Below, one piece after another: positions 45,496 through 55,335 of a DNA stretch of 64,000 bases (positions are counted from its first letter, which is position 1; the number at the start of each line of letters is the position of its first letter). This stretch comes from Calditrichales bacterium (lineage in GTDB: Bacteria > Calditrichota > Calditrichia > Calditrichales > J004): positions 1,541-65,540 of the forward strand of contig WGCN01000099.1 of NCBI GenBank assembly GCA_015493745.1, given 5' to 3'. Under the pieces are notes generated by a model, which did not search any database, was not told the origin of the DNA, and was given only the letters and a program-made list of their open reading frames with translations. The position numbers were made by a program, and so were the translations under genes.

Positions 45496-46365
45496 ATGAA
45501 ACCGGAGATCGCCCTGTTTTCCAAACATCTGCAATGGTGCGCCCGGGAGGAGTTGCCCAGGGCGGTGCGCGCTGCCGGAGCCGACGGGCTGGATTTAACC
45601 GTGCGGCCCGGCGGGCATGTTGCGCCGGAACGGGTGGAGGATGAACTACCGGACTATGTGCGGCTGTGCCGTTCCGCCGGCAGTGATGTGCTGATGATCT
45701 GCACGGCCATCGAAAAGGCTTCGGATATAACCACGGAAAAAATCCTCAAAACGGCGGCTTCCCTGGGCATAAAATATTACCGCATGGGCTGGCTGGATTA
45801 TCCCGCGGATATCCGGAGCGGTTTGGACGACATAAAATCCCGCCTGAAGGATCTGGCGGCCATGAATGAGCACTATGGCATCCGGGGCGCTTATCAAAAT
45901 CATGACGGTCGTTGGTTCGGAGCGCCGGTATGGGATCTGGCCCGTCTTCTGGATGAGATCGACTCTCCCTGGCTGGGAGTGCAATACGATGTCTTAAACG
46001 CCACCATAGAAGGCTGTAAATCCTGGCCCCTGGCTTATGACTTCATCAAACCACATATCCATACCATAGCGGTAAAAGACGCCGTATGGCGCAAAACAAA
46101 GGGCGGCTGGCGTATTGAGTATCGTCCCCTTGGCCGCGGGTGGATGGAGGCGGCCGTCTTCATTAAAAAAGAAAAGGGGCGGGGCGGGCCGGTTCCTTTT
46201 ACCATGCATTTTGAGTATGAACTGGGCGGCGCGGAAACAGGCGCGGCAAAATTAACCCTCTCCGGGGATAAAGTGATCGCGGCCATGAAAAAGGATGTGG
46301 CCTTCCTGCGCCGTTTATGGTACGAGACGGAGCCGGGGGACACAACGGAAAGCAACAGAAAATGA
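45496..46365 (+). CDS. sugar phosphate isomerase/epimerase (xylose-isomerase-like TIM barrel)
   Basis: 289 aa. The pattern (GADGLDLTVRPGGHV.., YQNHDG, QYDVLN.., HIHTIAVKD) is typical of AP-endonuclease-2/XylA-like TIM barrels. Confidence 0.65.
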   Translation: MKPEIALFSKHLQWCAREELPRAVRAAGADGLDLTVRPGGHVAPERVEDELPDYVRLCRSAGSDVLMICTAIEKASDITTEKILKTAASLGIKYYRMGWLDYPADIRSGLDDIKSRLKDLAAMNEHYGIRGAYQNHDGRWFGAPVWDLARLLDEIDSPWLGVQYDVLNATIEGCKSWPLAYDFIKPHIHTIAVKDAVWRKTKGGWRIEYRPLGRGWMEAAVFIKKEKGRGGPVPFTMHFEYELGGAETGAAKLTLSGDKVIAAMKKDVAFLRRLWYETEPGDTTESNRK

Positions 46366-47405
46366 AAACAAAAAAAGTGATAAATACAGCCGTAATCGGT
46401 TTGGGACGCGCCGGCTGGCAAATTCATATCCCGCAAATAACGGCCCATGAAAATTTTAAATTTACCGCCGCCGTGGATCCGTTGGAATCGCGAAGAAAGG
46501 AAGCCCGGGAACAATTTGGGGTGAACACCTATGCCGATTGCCGCTCGCTTTTTGAAAGTGAAAAACCCGACCTGGTGGTTATCGTTTCGCCCACCCACTT
46601 CCACAAGGAGCAGGCGGTGATGGCTTTTGAACACGGCGTGGATGTATTGTGTGACAAGCCCATGGCCGTATCCCTGATGGAGGCGCGGGAAATGGCCGCG
46701 GCCATGCGTCGGCATAAACGCCGCATGATGCTCTACCAGCCGCATCGCGCCTATGTGGAAACGGTAGCCCTGCGCCATCTTCTGGCGAAAAATCTCATTG
46801 GCCGGGTTTTTCTGATCAAACGATCCTGGTGCCGTTACCGCGTGCGGGTGGACTGGCAGGCTTTTTCCCGGTATGGCGGCGGTGAGCTTAACAATTCCGG
46901 CGCTCATTTTGTGGATCAACTGCTCTACCTGGCCGCTTCGCCGGTGACAAATATGCACTGCCTCCGTCGCAAGATCATCAGCAAGGGCGACGCGGAAGAT
47001 TTTGCCCGCCTGATTCTGGAAACGGCAAACGGCATGGTATTGGATGTCGAGGTCAACTTCGTGGCGGCCATTCCCTCGCGGCCCATGGAAGTCTATGGCG
47101 AGCGGGGAACCTTAATCCTCGATGAAGAGACCCCGGCCTGGCGGGCGCGTTATTATGATGAAGGTGCCGCTGAAAATTTCAAACTGCAAAACAGCCTGGC
47201 CGCGGAAAATCGTTCTTATATGGATGATCAGCGCTTTTCGTGGCGGGAGGCCACTTTCCCGCTGGAGGATTATAAGCCGGTTAATTTTTACCGGAAATGT
47301 TATGACTATTTTGCGGGGGGAGAGGAACCGTTTATTCCGGTGGAGGAGTCCCTCGAGGTCATGCGTATCCTGGAAGAGTGTAAGAAAAAGTCCGCGCTAA
47401 GCTGA
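46362..47405 (+). CDS. Gfo/Idh/MocA-family oxidoreductase
   Basis: VIGLGRAGW Rossmann motif and LCDKPMA (EKP-type) motif. The ATG at 46362 overlaps the upstream stop (ATGA). Confidence 0.85.
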   Translation: MKTKKVINTAVIGLGRAGWQIHIPQITAHENFKFTAAVDPLESRRKEAREQFGVNTYADCRSLFESEKPDLVVIVSPTHFHKEQAVMAFEHGVDVLCDKPMAVSLMEAREMAAAMRRHKRRMMLYQPHRAYVETVALRHLLAKNLIGRVFLIKRSWCRYRVRVDWQAFSRYGGGELNNSGAHFVDQLLYLAASPVTNMHCLRRKIISKGDAEDFARLILETANGMVLDVEVNFVAAIPSRPMEVYGERGTLILDEETPAWRARYYDEGAAENFKLQNSLAAENRSYMDDQRFSWREATFPLEDYKPVNFYRKCYDYFAGGEEPFIPVEESLEVMRILEECKKKSALS

Positions 47406-47573
47406 AAGAGAACCGGTGTCCGGAAAGACAAGGGAGTGTACCGGCAGCCACTTATTGTATTATTTGGCCGCTTAATACTTAAATCTTTTTTCATGAAGAT
47501 ATAATCCTTTCTTTTATGCCGGAATAACGGATTCCCGGACAAACCCATGACGCTTCTATAAAGGAAAAATGGC

Positions 47574-49292
47574 ATGAAGCCCGTACAGATGCTGGACTAT
47601 ATTGTGATCCTGGCCTACATGTTAATCACTCTGGGTGTAGGGGTCTATTTTAAAAATTTCAACAAAGGCGCCGCCGATTTTTTTAAGGGCGGCAATCAAA
47701 TCCCCTGGCTGGTTTCCGGCTTAAGTGCCTTTATGACCGGCTTCAGCGCCTGGACCTTTACCGCCGCCTCCGGCATTGCTTACGATCATGGCATCATCAT
47801 CATCCTGCTTTATCTGGGGAATGCCCTTACCTTTCTCTTTGGATACTGGCTTTTTGCCGCCCGCTGGCGCCGGGCGCGTATCTCATCGCCCATGGAGTAT
47901 CTTTCGGAACGTTTTGATCAACCCACCCGTCAGACCTTTTCCTGGTCGACGGTCTTTTTCGATCTGTTCATGGTGTCCGTATGGCTTTTTGCCCTGGGCA
48001 AGTATGTGGCCGTGGCTACGCAAATCCCCGTCAATTGGGTGATACTCGGCGCCGGCGGGATTATTCTGGCCTATTGCCTGGTGGGCGGCTTATGGGCCGT
48101 GGTGGTTACCGACTTTTTGCAGGGTGTTATTCTTTTACCCTTTACCATAATTCTGGCTTTTGCCGCCGTGTATAAAATAGGAGGCGTCACGGAGTTCCTC
48201 TCGGCCCTGCCGGCGGAAATGCTGACCGTGGGGCATTCGGAATATTCCAGTTGGATATTTCTGGTCTCCTGGACCATGATGGTTATCTTTGGTTATAACA
48301 CCCGCGCCCACGCCCAGCGTTATTACAGCGTGGATACGGAAAAATCGGCCAAAAAAATATCCTTGCTGAATTTTGTATTGTTCGTTTTGGGCGCGTTTAT
48401 CTGGTTCATCCCGCCCATGGCCACGCGCATCCTGTATCCGGAAATCGGCGCCATGTGGCCCAATGCCTCCAATCCGCAGGAGGGCGCCTATGCCGTCATC
48501 AGTCTGACCCTGTTGCCCCACGGACTGATCGGGGTTATGCTGGCCGCCATTTTCAGTGCCAGTATGTCCAATATCTCCAGCTATTACAACCTCTTCTCGG
48601 CCATTGTCACCACCGATATTGTGCCCCGTTTTTACCGTAAGCCGCTGGATGACAAGCAGAAGATGTTTATCGGGCAGGTGACAACCCTGGTGGTCGGTCT
48701 GCTCGTGCCGGCCCTGGCTCTGTTTATGGCCGGTAGCGGACACAGCGCCTTTAACCTGATGAATTCCTTCAATTCCATCATCAGTATCGCCTATGGCCCT
48801 CCGGCGCTTATCGGTTTCCTGTCGCGTAAAACACCCCACTGGTCGGGTTTGTTCTACTTTGTCATCGCCTTGATTCTCGGCAGTGTCGGTTGGTTCTATT
48901 GGGGCTGGAATATCCCGGAGAATGTACTTTATGTTACCCCGCTGAGCATCGTAATCATGTTTGGCAGCAGCTATTTAACCGGCTTTCTCAAGGAAAAAAA
49001 TATTTATGTTCAAAGACGCGCCCTCTTTTTTAAAAAGCAGGATACACCCATAGATGTTAAAAAAGAGGTCGGTGACTCATCCCATATCGAACATCTGGTT
49101 TTTTCATTCTTAGCCCGGGTGACGGCCCTTATTGCCGTTTTGAGTCTTTTGTTCATTCTGTTTAACGATGACGGTGAAATGCTCACCATCATACTCTACT
49201 CTTCCATTACGCTGTTGCTGGCCATAATCTTTTTGGTGTTGAGCAAAAGGAAGTCACTATTAAAACCGGATGTTTTGCATGAAGGCCGTTAA
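47574..49292 (+). CDS. sodium:solute symporter (SSS) family transporter
   Basis: 572 aa and polytopic. The N-terminal pattern DYIVILAYML..GVYF...DFFKGGNQIPW is typical of SSS carriers. Confidence 0.8.
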   Translation: MKPVQMLDYIVILAYMLITLGVGVYFKNFNKGAADFFKGGNQIPWLVSGLSAFMTGFSAWTFTAASGIAYDHGIIIILLYLGNALTFLFGYWLFAARWRRARISSPMEYLSERFDQPTRQTFSWSTVFFDLFMVSVWLFALGKYVAVATQIPVNWVILGAGGIILAYCLVGGLWAVVVTDFLQGVILLPFTIILAFAAVYKIGGVTEFLSALPAEMLTVGHSEYSSWIFLVSWTMMVIFGYNTRAHAQRYYSVDTEKSAKKISLLNFVLFVLGAFIWFIPPMATRILYPEIGAMWPNASNPQEGAYAVISLTLLPHGLIGVMLAAIFSASMSNISSYYNLFSAIVTTDIVPRFYRKPLDDKQKMFIGQVTTLVVGLLVPALALFMAGSGHSAFNLMNSFNSIISIAYGPPALIGFLSRKTPHWSGLFYFVIALILGSVGWFYWGWNIPENVLYVTPLSIVIMFGSSYLTGFLKEKNIYVQRRALFFKKQDTPIDVKKEVGDSSHIEHLVFSFLARVTALIAVLSLLFILFNDDGEMLTIILYSSITLLLAIIFLVLSKRKSLLKPDVLHEGR

Positions 49293-49293
49293 G

Positions 49294-51501
49294 ATGAAAA
49301 TTATTGCTAAAATCCTAAGTGAAATACGTTTGTATATCTTGCTGACCGGTGTGATGTTTTTTACGGGTGCGGGAATTATATCCGCCGGTGAACTTTCCTC
49401 CTCCCCGCAATGGCAGGTGGTGGGCCAGGGCGGCGGCGGTGTGGTCAGCGATGTGGTGGTACACCCCACCGATCCGGATATCGTTTGGGTGGAAACCGAT
49501 TTGACAGGTATCTTCAAGTCTACCGATGGCGGAAAGACTTTTCGCCGTATGTCGGGGCCGGTGGAGCGCCAGGAACAGTTGTTTGAGTGGATGCGGGGCA
49601 TGGATCATGAACTGGTCTATGATCCGACCGATCCGGAGATTATGTACTGGGCTGTGGACGGCGGCATATACACCGTGCCCGGCCTTTACAAGTCCGTTGA
49701 CGGCGGGGAGAACTGGTTTAAAATACCGGGATCGCCCGATCTGAACCCGGCGGCCATCGTGGTGGATTACAAGGGGGTTGTTTACGGAATAAAGCATAAA
49801 AAAATGTGGGTCTCGGATGACAAGGGAAAAACATGGCGGCAGATGCCGGATGTGCCCACCTATTTTGCCGACGCCTATGACTGGCGCCGCCGCAACCGTA
49901 TCTTTATTTATGTAACCAGAGCCAACCGTATCATCATCGGTGATCGCTATGAAGATACGGGAATCTATTTCTCTGACGACCAGGGCGGGCATTGGCAGCA
50001 GGCCCTGAACGGCCGGGAAATCATGGATGTTGCCGTCTCACCGGTTGACCCCGGTCTGGTTATGGCCCTGGAACAGGATGGCACTATTTTTCGCTCCGTT
50101 GACGGTGGCAAAACTTTTGAGGAGGTTGAAGAGCTTTCCAATTCTTATTATTCCTGGGGGAAGTGGCCCCCGTATTATGGCAGCATTGCCATTAATCGTG
50201 AAAATCATGTCATGGCCATCGGCCGCTGGGAAATGGGCATAAGCAACGACGGCGGCAAAACCTTTGCCGTTTACGATGAAAAGAGACCTTCGTGGGATCC
50301 GGCCGGTTATATCTTTTCCGCCCGCCAGGACTGGCAGGGCCTGTTTAAGTCCAATAAGCTGGCCGCCTCGCCCAGTCCCGGAAAGTGGTTTTCCGTTGAC
50401 GGACACATGCTCAAGGAAATCAATAACAACGGCCTGAGCTGGACGGGGCGCTATCAGGGAATAGACATTCTCTGCTTGTACAGTCCGCCGGTGATCGATA
50501 AGCGCGATCCCGACGTCATCCATGTGGCCGCCGGGGATAATGGCCATTTTTATTCCGTGAATGGCGGAAAAAGCTGGAAAACCTCCGAGACCAAAATGGT
50601 GAATGTGGACGGTCTGGCGCAGGATCCCGGCAATCCGGATGTCTGGTATAAATTGTATGGCCGCCGGCCCGGAGTGGCGGGTAAAGTGTTTAAATCCGGA
50701 GATAACGGCGTAACCTGGGAATATGCGGGACGCATCCCCATGCCCGGCTTTTCCGGCCGTTCCGAATCCGACCCCTCCTTTTACCGGGGGTGGTGCGGCT
50801 GGCTGGCCGTCGATCCGACTAACTCGAAACGTATATTTGCCACCCATCGCGCTTCCGACGGCCTTTATATGTCCGAAGATGGCGGCCGTAATTTTCGCCG
50901 TATTTTGGCTCTGGACAAACCCTGGCAACTGGAAGTGACCCGTTCCGGTACGATCTTTATCTGTACCTGGGATTCCCGCGGCTTGTACCGCAGCAGGGAT
51001 CATGGGCGAACCTTTGAAATGATCCACGAAGGCATGGTGAACGATTTTGCGGTTCATCCGCAAAATGACGATATTGTTTATATCAATGTTGATTCCTTCA
51101 GGCACGCCTGGGCCACCGCCCGTGTAAAACCGCCGTATGAGCAAAACCGGGTTTACAAGGACAAGGGCAAGGGGCGTCTGTACAAAACAAGCGATGGCGG
51201 CAACCATTGGGAATTGCTGGGGGCCTTTGACGGTTTTGCCCTTTATATCGAACCCAATTTCCCCAATGTGATGCTCATGTCCACCCGTGATGGCGGGCAG
51301 GGCATCATGCGCAGCGCGGACGGGGGGAAAAGCTGGGTCTCCATACACGGCAATCATAACAATTATCATCCCCGCGGTTTTATCTATGGCGGTGTGCCCG
51401 GCCGGGTTTACACCTGGAATCATAATATGGAAAAGCTGGATAATATCCATCTCGACCATCTGTTTGAAAAAGCGCAAACGGAAGAAAAAATCATACCGTG
51501 A
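49294..51501 (+). CDS. BNR/Asp-box repeat double beta-propeller protein (GH74/sortilin-VPS10-like)
   Basis: Twelve S-x-D-x-G-x-T/S-W/F boxes (STDGGKTF, SVDGGENW, SDDKGKTW, SDDQGGHW, SVDGGKTF, SNDGGKTF, SVNGGKSW, SGDNGVTW, SEDGGRNF, SRDHGRTF, TSDGGNHW, SADGGKSW). It has an N-terminal signal or anchor. Alternative starts are at 49270 and 49279. Confidence 0.75.
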   Translation: MKIIAKILSEIRLYILLTGVMFFTGAGIISAGELSSSPQWQVVGQGGGGVVSDVVVHPTDPDIVWVETDLTGIFKSTDGGKTFRRMSGPVERQEQLFEWMRGMDHELVYDPTDPEIMYWAVDGGIYTVPGLYKSVDGGENWFKIPGSPDLNPAAIVVDYKGVVYGIKHKKMWVSDDKGKTWRQMPDVPTYFADAYDWRRRNRIFIYVTRANRIIIGDRYEDTGIYFSDDQGGHWQQALNGREIMDVAVSPVDPGLVMALEQDGTIFRSVDGGKTFEEVEELSNSYYSWGKWPPYYGSIAINRENHVMAIGRWEMGISNDGGKTFAVYDEKRPSWDPAGYIFSARQDWQGLFKSNKLAASPSPGKWFSVDGHMLKEINNNGLSWTGRYQGIDILCLYSPPVIDKRDPDVIHVAAGDNGHFYSVNGGKSWKTSETKMVNVDGLAQDPGNPDVWYKLYGRRPGVAGKVFKSGDNGVTWEYAGRIPMPGFSGRSESDPSFYRGWCGWLAVDPTNSKRIFATHRASDGLYMSEDGGRNFRRILALDKPWQLEVTRSGTIFICTWDSRGLYRSRDHGRTFEMIHEGMVNDFAVHPQNDDIVYINVDSFRHAWATARVKPPYEQNRVYKDKGKGRLYKTSDGGNHWELLGAFDGFALYIEPNFPNVMLMSTRDGGQGIMRSADGGKSWVSIHGNHNNYHPRGFIYGGVPGRVYTWNHNMEKLDNIHLDHLFEKAQTEEKIIP

Positions 51502-51602
51502 TCCGGAAAGCCTGTTGGTATCTCCGGCGTTTTACCGGTGTGCCCGGCCGGGATGGGGAAACCGCAGAATAGAATATCAACCAAAAGAGTACAGGAAATA
51601 AA

Positions 51603-52361
51603 ATGAAAATCAGGGTTTTTGAAAACAGCGCGGCTTTAAGCCGGGCGGCGGCCCGCATGGCGGCCGCCACTATCCGCGAAGCCATTGAGAAGAAAGGGCA
51701 GGCCACCTTTGTGGCCGCTACCGGCGCTTCGCAATTTGAGTTTCTGGAGTTTCTGACCGCCGATAAGGAGATTGACTGGAGTAAAACCACCATGTTCCAT
51801 TTGGATGAATATGTGGGGCTGCCGGAAACTCATAAGGCCAGCTTCCGGAAGTATCTCCGGGAACGTTTTATCGCCAAGACCCATCCGGGAACGGTGCATC
51901 TGATCAACGGCGATGCTCCTTCCGCCGAAGCGGAAGCGGAGCGGTTGAACCGGCTGATCTCCGGCCGGGAAATCGATATCGCCTTTGTCGGCGTGGGGGA
52001 AAACGGGCATTTGGCCTTTAACGATCCCCCCGCCGATTTTGAGACCCATACCCCTTTTCTGGTATTGGATCTTGATGAAAGATGCCGCCTGCAACAGGTC
52101 AATGAAGGGTGGTTCGACAGCATCGATCTGGTGCCGCGTAAAGCCATATCCATGTCGGTAAATGAGATTCTGCGCGCCGATACGGTGGTTTGCTGCGTGC
52201 CCGGGGAACGCAAGGCGGAAGCGGTGAAGAATTGTTTTGACAGCGATCTCATCTCCCCGCAATATCCTTCATCCATCCTGAAAAAACACAAACGGGCCTA
52301 TATATTCCTGGATAAATCATCGGCCTTTATGTTAAGTCCCGGCAGGTACAGCGTCGCATGA
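51603..52361 (+). CDS. nagB: glucosamine-6-phosphate deaminase
   Basis: 252 aa. ATGASQFEFL.., FHLDEYVGL and VGENGHLAFNDP are NagB/6-phosphogluconolactonase-family blocks. nagA is adjacent. Confidence 0.85.
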   Translation: MKIRVFENSAALSRAAARMAAATIREAIEKKGQATFVAATGASQFEFLEFLTADKEIDWSKTTMFHLDEYVGLPETHKASFRKYLRERFIAKTHPGTVHLINGDAPSAEAEAERLNRLISGREIDIAFVGVGENGHLAFNDPPADFETHTPFLVLDLDERCRLQQVNEGWFDSIDLVPRKAISMSVNEILRADTVVCCVPGERKAEAVKNCFDSDLISPQYPSSILKKHKRAYIFLDKSSAFMLSPGRYSVA

Positions 52362-53347
52362 AAGCGCCGGGATTTGTCGATCTTCAGGTCAACGGCTATG
52401 CCGGGGTGGATTTCCATGACCCATCGACCACCGTTGCCGATGTGCTGATCTGCGCGGAAGCGCTGGCCCGGGCGGGAACGGCCGGTTTTCTGGCCACCAT
52501 CACCACATCCCCCCGTGAGAGCATGGAACGCTGCGTGGACACATTGCGCCAGGCCATTGAGCGACAGGGAGCCGCGGGCAATATTCTCGGCATCCATCTC
52601 GAGGGACCGTTTATTTCCCCGGAATATGGTTTCGTGGGTATGCATCCCCCGCGGGCGGTATCTCCTCCCGACGCCTTCTGGCTGGAAAAAGTCCGTAAGC
52701 TGGCCGGCGGACATCTGAAAATGGTCACCCTGGCTCCGGAATATGAACAGAGCGCCGCGTTGATCGCCGCATTCAGTCCGGAAATCATTTTTGCCGCCGG
52801 ACATTCCAATGCCGCTTATCCGCAATTACAAAAGGCGGTGCGGGCCGGTTTGCGCATGGCCACCCATGTCGGTAACGGTTGCGTTCAAACGGTGGATCGC
52901 CATAACAATCCCCTGGTACACATTCTGGCCAGCGCGGAGCTGAGCCTCTCCTTTATTCCGGACGGCTTTCATCTGCCCGAGGCTTTTATCCGCATGCTGG
53001 TCAACAGCCGTCCCGTGGAAAAGCTGATTGCGGTCAGCGATGCCATGACCCAGGCCGGACTGCCCCCCGGTGAGTATGAAAATATCGACGGTACGCGGGT
53101 GGTGCTGGAAGAAAACGGCTGGCTGCATACGGCCGGGGATGCCAATGTTCTGGCCGGTTCCAGCTACAATCTTTTGCAATGCATGAACCACCTGGCGGCT
53201 CTTTCCCTCCTGGAGGAAGAGGGACTGTGGCGCGTGGGTCTGCTTAATCCCCTGAAGATGCTGGGGCTGGATGTGGAGACGTTTTTAAAAAGAGGCGGGG
53301 GACTGCGTTACGATAGCGCGACCCGTCGGTTTGTGCAGGGGCCTTAA
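52358..53347 (+). CDS. nagA: N-acetylglucosamine-6-phosphate deacetylase (short form lacking the usual N-terminal ~50 aa)
   Basis: Block-by-block similarity to E. coli NagA: PGFVDLQVNG (PGFIDVQLNG), LGIHLEGP, VTLAPE, AGHSNA, ATHVGNG, DG.H and AGSS. The start overlaps the nagB stop (ATGA). Confidence 0.85.
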   Translation: MKAPGFVDLQVNGYAGVDFHDPSTTVADVLICAEALARAGTAGFLATITTSPRESMERCVDTLRQAIERQGAAGNILGIHLEGPFISPEYGFVGMHPPRAVSPPDAFWLEKVRKLAGGHLKMVTLAPEYEQSAALIAAFSPEIIFAAGHSNAAYPQLQKAVRAGLRMATHVGNGCVQTVDRHNNPLVHILASAELSLSFIPDGFHLPEAFIRMLVNSRPVEKLIAVSDAMTQAGLPPGEYENIDGTRVVLEENGWLHTAGDANVLAGSSYNLLQCMNHLAALSLLEEEGLWRVGLLNPLKMLGLDVETFLKRGGGLRYDSATRRFVQGP

Positions 53348-53387
53348 AACCGCCCGCTGCTAGTGGATCATCAATAAGTGAGAAATT

Positions 53388-55313
53388 ATGTTCGGATTAC
53401 ACCTGCTTGATATTTTGGCCATTTTGCTTTATTTCGGCGTCGTGGTGTTCATCGGCATGATGGCCAACCGGCGCATAAAAAACGAAGAAGATTATTTTAT
53501 GGGCGGCCGCAAGTTCGGCAAGCTTATTTCCGTTTTTCTGGCCTTTGGCACGGGCACCAGTTCCGATACGGCCATTTCCGCCTCGCGGGAGACCTACCGT
53601 GCCGGCATGGCCGGCATATGGATCCAGTTGTTATGGTTGTTTATCACTCCTTTTTACTGGATCGTGGCCCCCTGGTACCGAAGACTGCGGGTGATTACCG
53701 GTGGCGATTACTTCCAACTGCGTTTTAACAGCAAGGCCCTGACCGGCTTGTATGTCGGTTTTAGCTTCCTGTACCTGATGTTCGCCATTGCCGTGGCCAT
53801 GACCGCCATTGGCAAAACGGTGGAGATTGTGACCGTAAAGCCGGTACAGGAACTTACCGTTGAGGAAAGGCAAAGCGTTGAGCAGTATGAGGAATTGACG
53901 CAACTGCGGCAAAGTCAAAGTGAAAGAACCCTGGAGGCCCGGGAGCAATCACGTCTGGAGGAACTGAGCGCCCTGGAAAAGGCGGGCGCCGTTAAGGCAC
54001 GCTATTCCTTTTTAAATACCTCGGTGGCGGTGCCGGTTATCGCCCTGATCATCCTTTTTTACGGAGTGGCGGGCGGTCTGTTTGCCGCCGCCTGGACCGA
54101 TTCCCTGCAGGGCATTCTCATCCTGTTACTCTCCATGCTGCTGTTGCCCAGCGGCCTTAGCGAGATCGGCTGGTTCTCCGGCCTGCATGAAAAGATCCCC
54201 GACCATATGTTTGATCTTGTCTCCAACGCCACGGCCAGCGAATATACGTGGTACTACATACTGGTGCTGATCGTCATGAATCTGGTGGGGGTGGTGGCCC
54301 AGCCCCATTTTTTTGCCACCGGCGGCGGCGGCGCCAAGGATGAGATCACCGCCCGCGTGGGCATGGTCTTCGGTAATTTTCTTAAGCGCTTCACCACCAT
54401 CATGTGGGGACTGACCGGCATTGTGGCCCTGGCCCTGTTTGGCGATGTTATAAAAGATGCCGACATGATCTGGGGCTATGCCACCCGTCAATTGCTGGGG
54501 CCGGGTTTTGTGGGCATAATGATCGCCTGTCTGCTGGCGGCGGCCATGTCCAGCGCCGATGCCCTGATGATCTGCGGTTCGGCCCTGTTTACGCGCAATT
54601 TTTATGAGTATATCGTGCCGGGTAAATCCGAAAAACACTATGTGCTGATCGGACGTTTGGCTTCGGTGGCGCTGATCGTCGGTGCCGTGGCCATCAGCCT
54701 CTATTTTAATAATATCTTAAGTCTGCTTAAGTACATTTGGCAGCTTCCGGTAATTTTCGGTACCGTTTTCTGGCTCAGCATCTACTGGCGTCGGCTTACC
54801 GTAAAGGCGGCCCTGACCGCCGTGGGCTACTCCTGGATCATGATCGTTTTGCTGCCCGGCATCCTGCCGGAGTTTTCCTGGGTGGCCGGGCACGCGCATA
54901 AGGAAATCCTGGCGCAGCCGAACCTGGCCATGCTTTACATGGTTGGCTTTGATCTCCCCTCCCTGTCAAAACCCATGCTGATGACCATCAATTACGGACT
55001 GCAGGTGATCGTACCTTTTCTGCTTCTGTTTGCCGTAAGCCTGGTCACCGCTCCCCCGGAAAGAAAGCGGCTCAATGAGGTGTTTGCCCGTCTGCACACC
55101 CCCGTCTGTGCCGATGAGAACGAAGACCGTAACAGGGTGCGGGCCTGTGTCAACAATCCGCAATTGCTGGAAAAGGACAAGTGGCTTCCCGGCAGTAACT
55201 GGGAGTTTATCCGTCCCGATAAAAAATCGGTGAACGGTTTTCTCATCTGTATCGCCATCGCCTTTGCCATACTCGGTTTTGCCTTTTTCATCTCCCGTTT
55301 AACATTTCCCTGA
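53388..55313 (+). CDS. sodium:solute symporter (SSS) family transporter with a charged cytoplasmic insert
   Basis: 641 aa and polytopic. DYFMGGRKFG is typical of the SSS N-terminus. A ~60-aa charged insert (EERQSVEQYEELTQLRQSQSERTLEAREQSRLEEL) lies between TM segments. Confidence 0.8.
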   Translation: MFGLHLLDILAILLYFGVVVFIGMMANRRIKNEEDYFMGGRKFGKLISVFLAFGTGTSSDTAISASRETYRAGMAGIWIQLLWLFITPFYWIVAPWYRRLRVITGGDYFQLRFNSKALTGLYVGFSFLYLMFAIAVAMTAIGKTVEIVTVKPVQELTVEERQSVEQYEELTQLRQSQSERTLEAREQSRLEELSALEKAGAVKARYSFLNTSVAVPVIALIILFYGVAGGLFAAAWTDSLQGILILLLSMLLLPSGLSEIGWFSGLHEKIPDHMFDLVSNATASEYTWYYILVLIVMNLVGVVAQPHFFATGGGGAKDEITARVGMVFGNFLKRFTTIMWGLTGIVALALFGDVIKDADMIWGYATRQLLGPGFVGIMIACLLAAAMSSADALMICGSALFTRNFYEYIVPGKSEKHYVLIGRLASVALIVGAVAISLYFNNILSLLKYIWQLPVIFGTVFWLSIYWRRLTVKAALTAVGYSWIMIVLLPGILPEFSWVAGHAHKEILAQPNLAMLYMVGFDLPSLSKPMLMTINYGLQVIVPFLLLFAVSLVTAPPERKRLNEVFARLHTPVCADENEDRNRVRACVNNPQLLEKDKWLPGSNWEFIRPDKKSVNGFLICIAIAFAILGFAFFISRLTFP

Positions 55314-55335
55314 TCCACCGAAAAAGAGAAGTGCC

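Noticed and set aside
51504-51533. A possible terminator after the BNR-repeat gene (CCGGA-16 nt-TCCGG followed by CGTTTTA).
   Set aside because: The stem is only 5 bp with a 16-nt loop and a weak U-tract. That is too weak to call without an energy calculation or 3'-end data.
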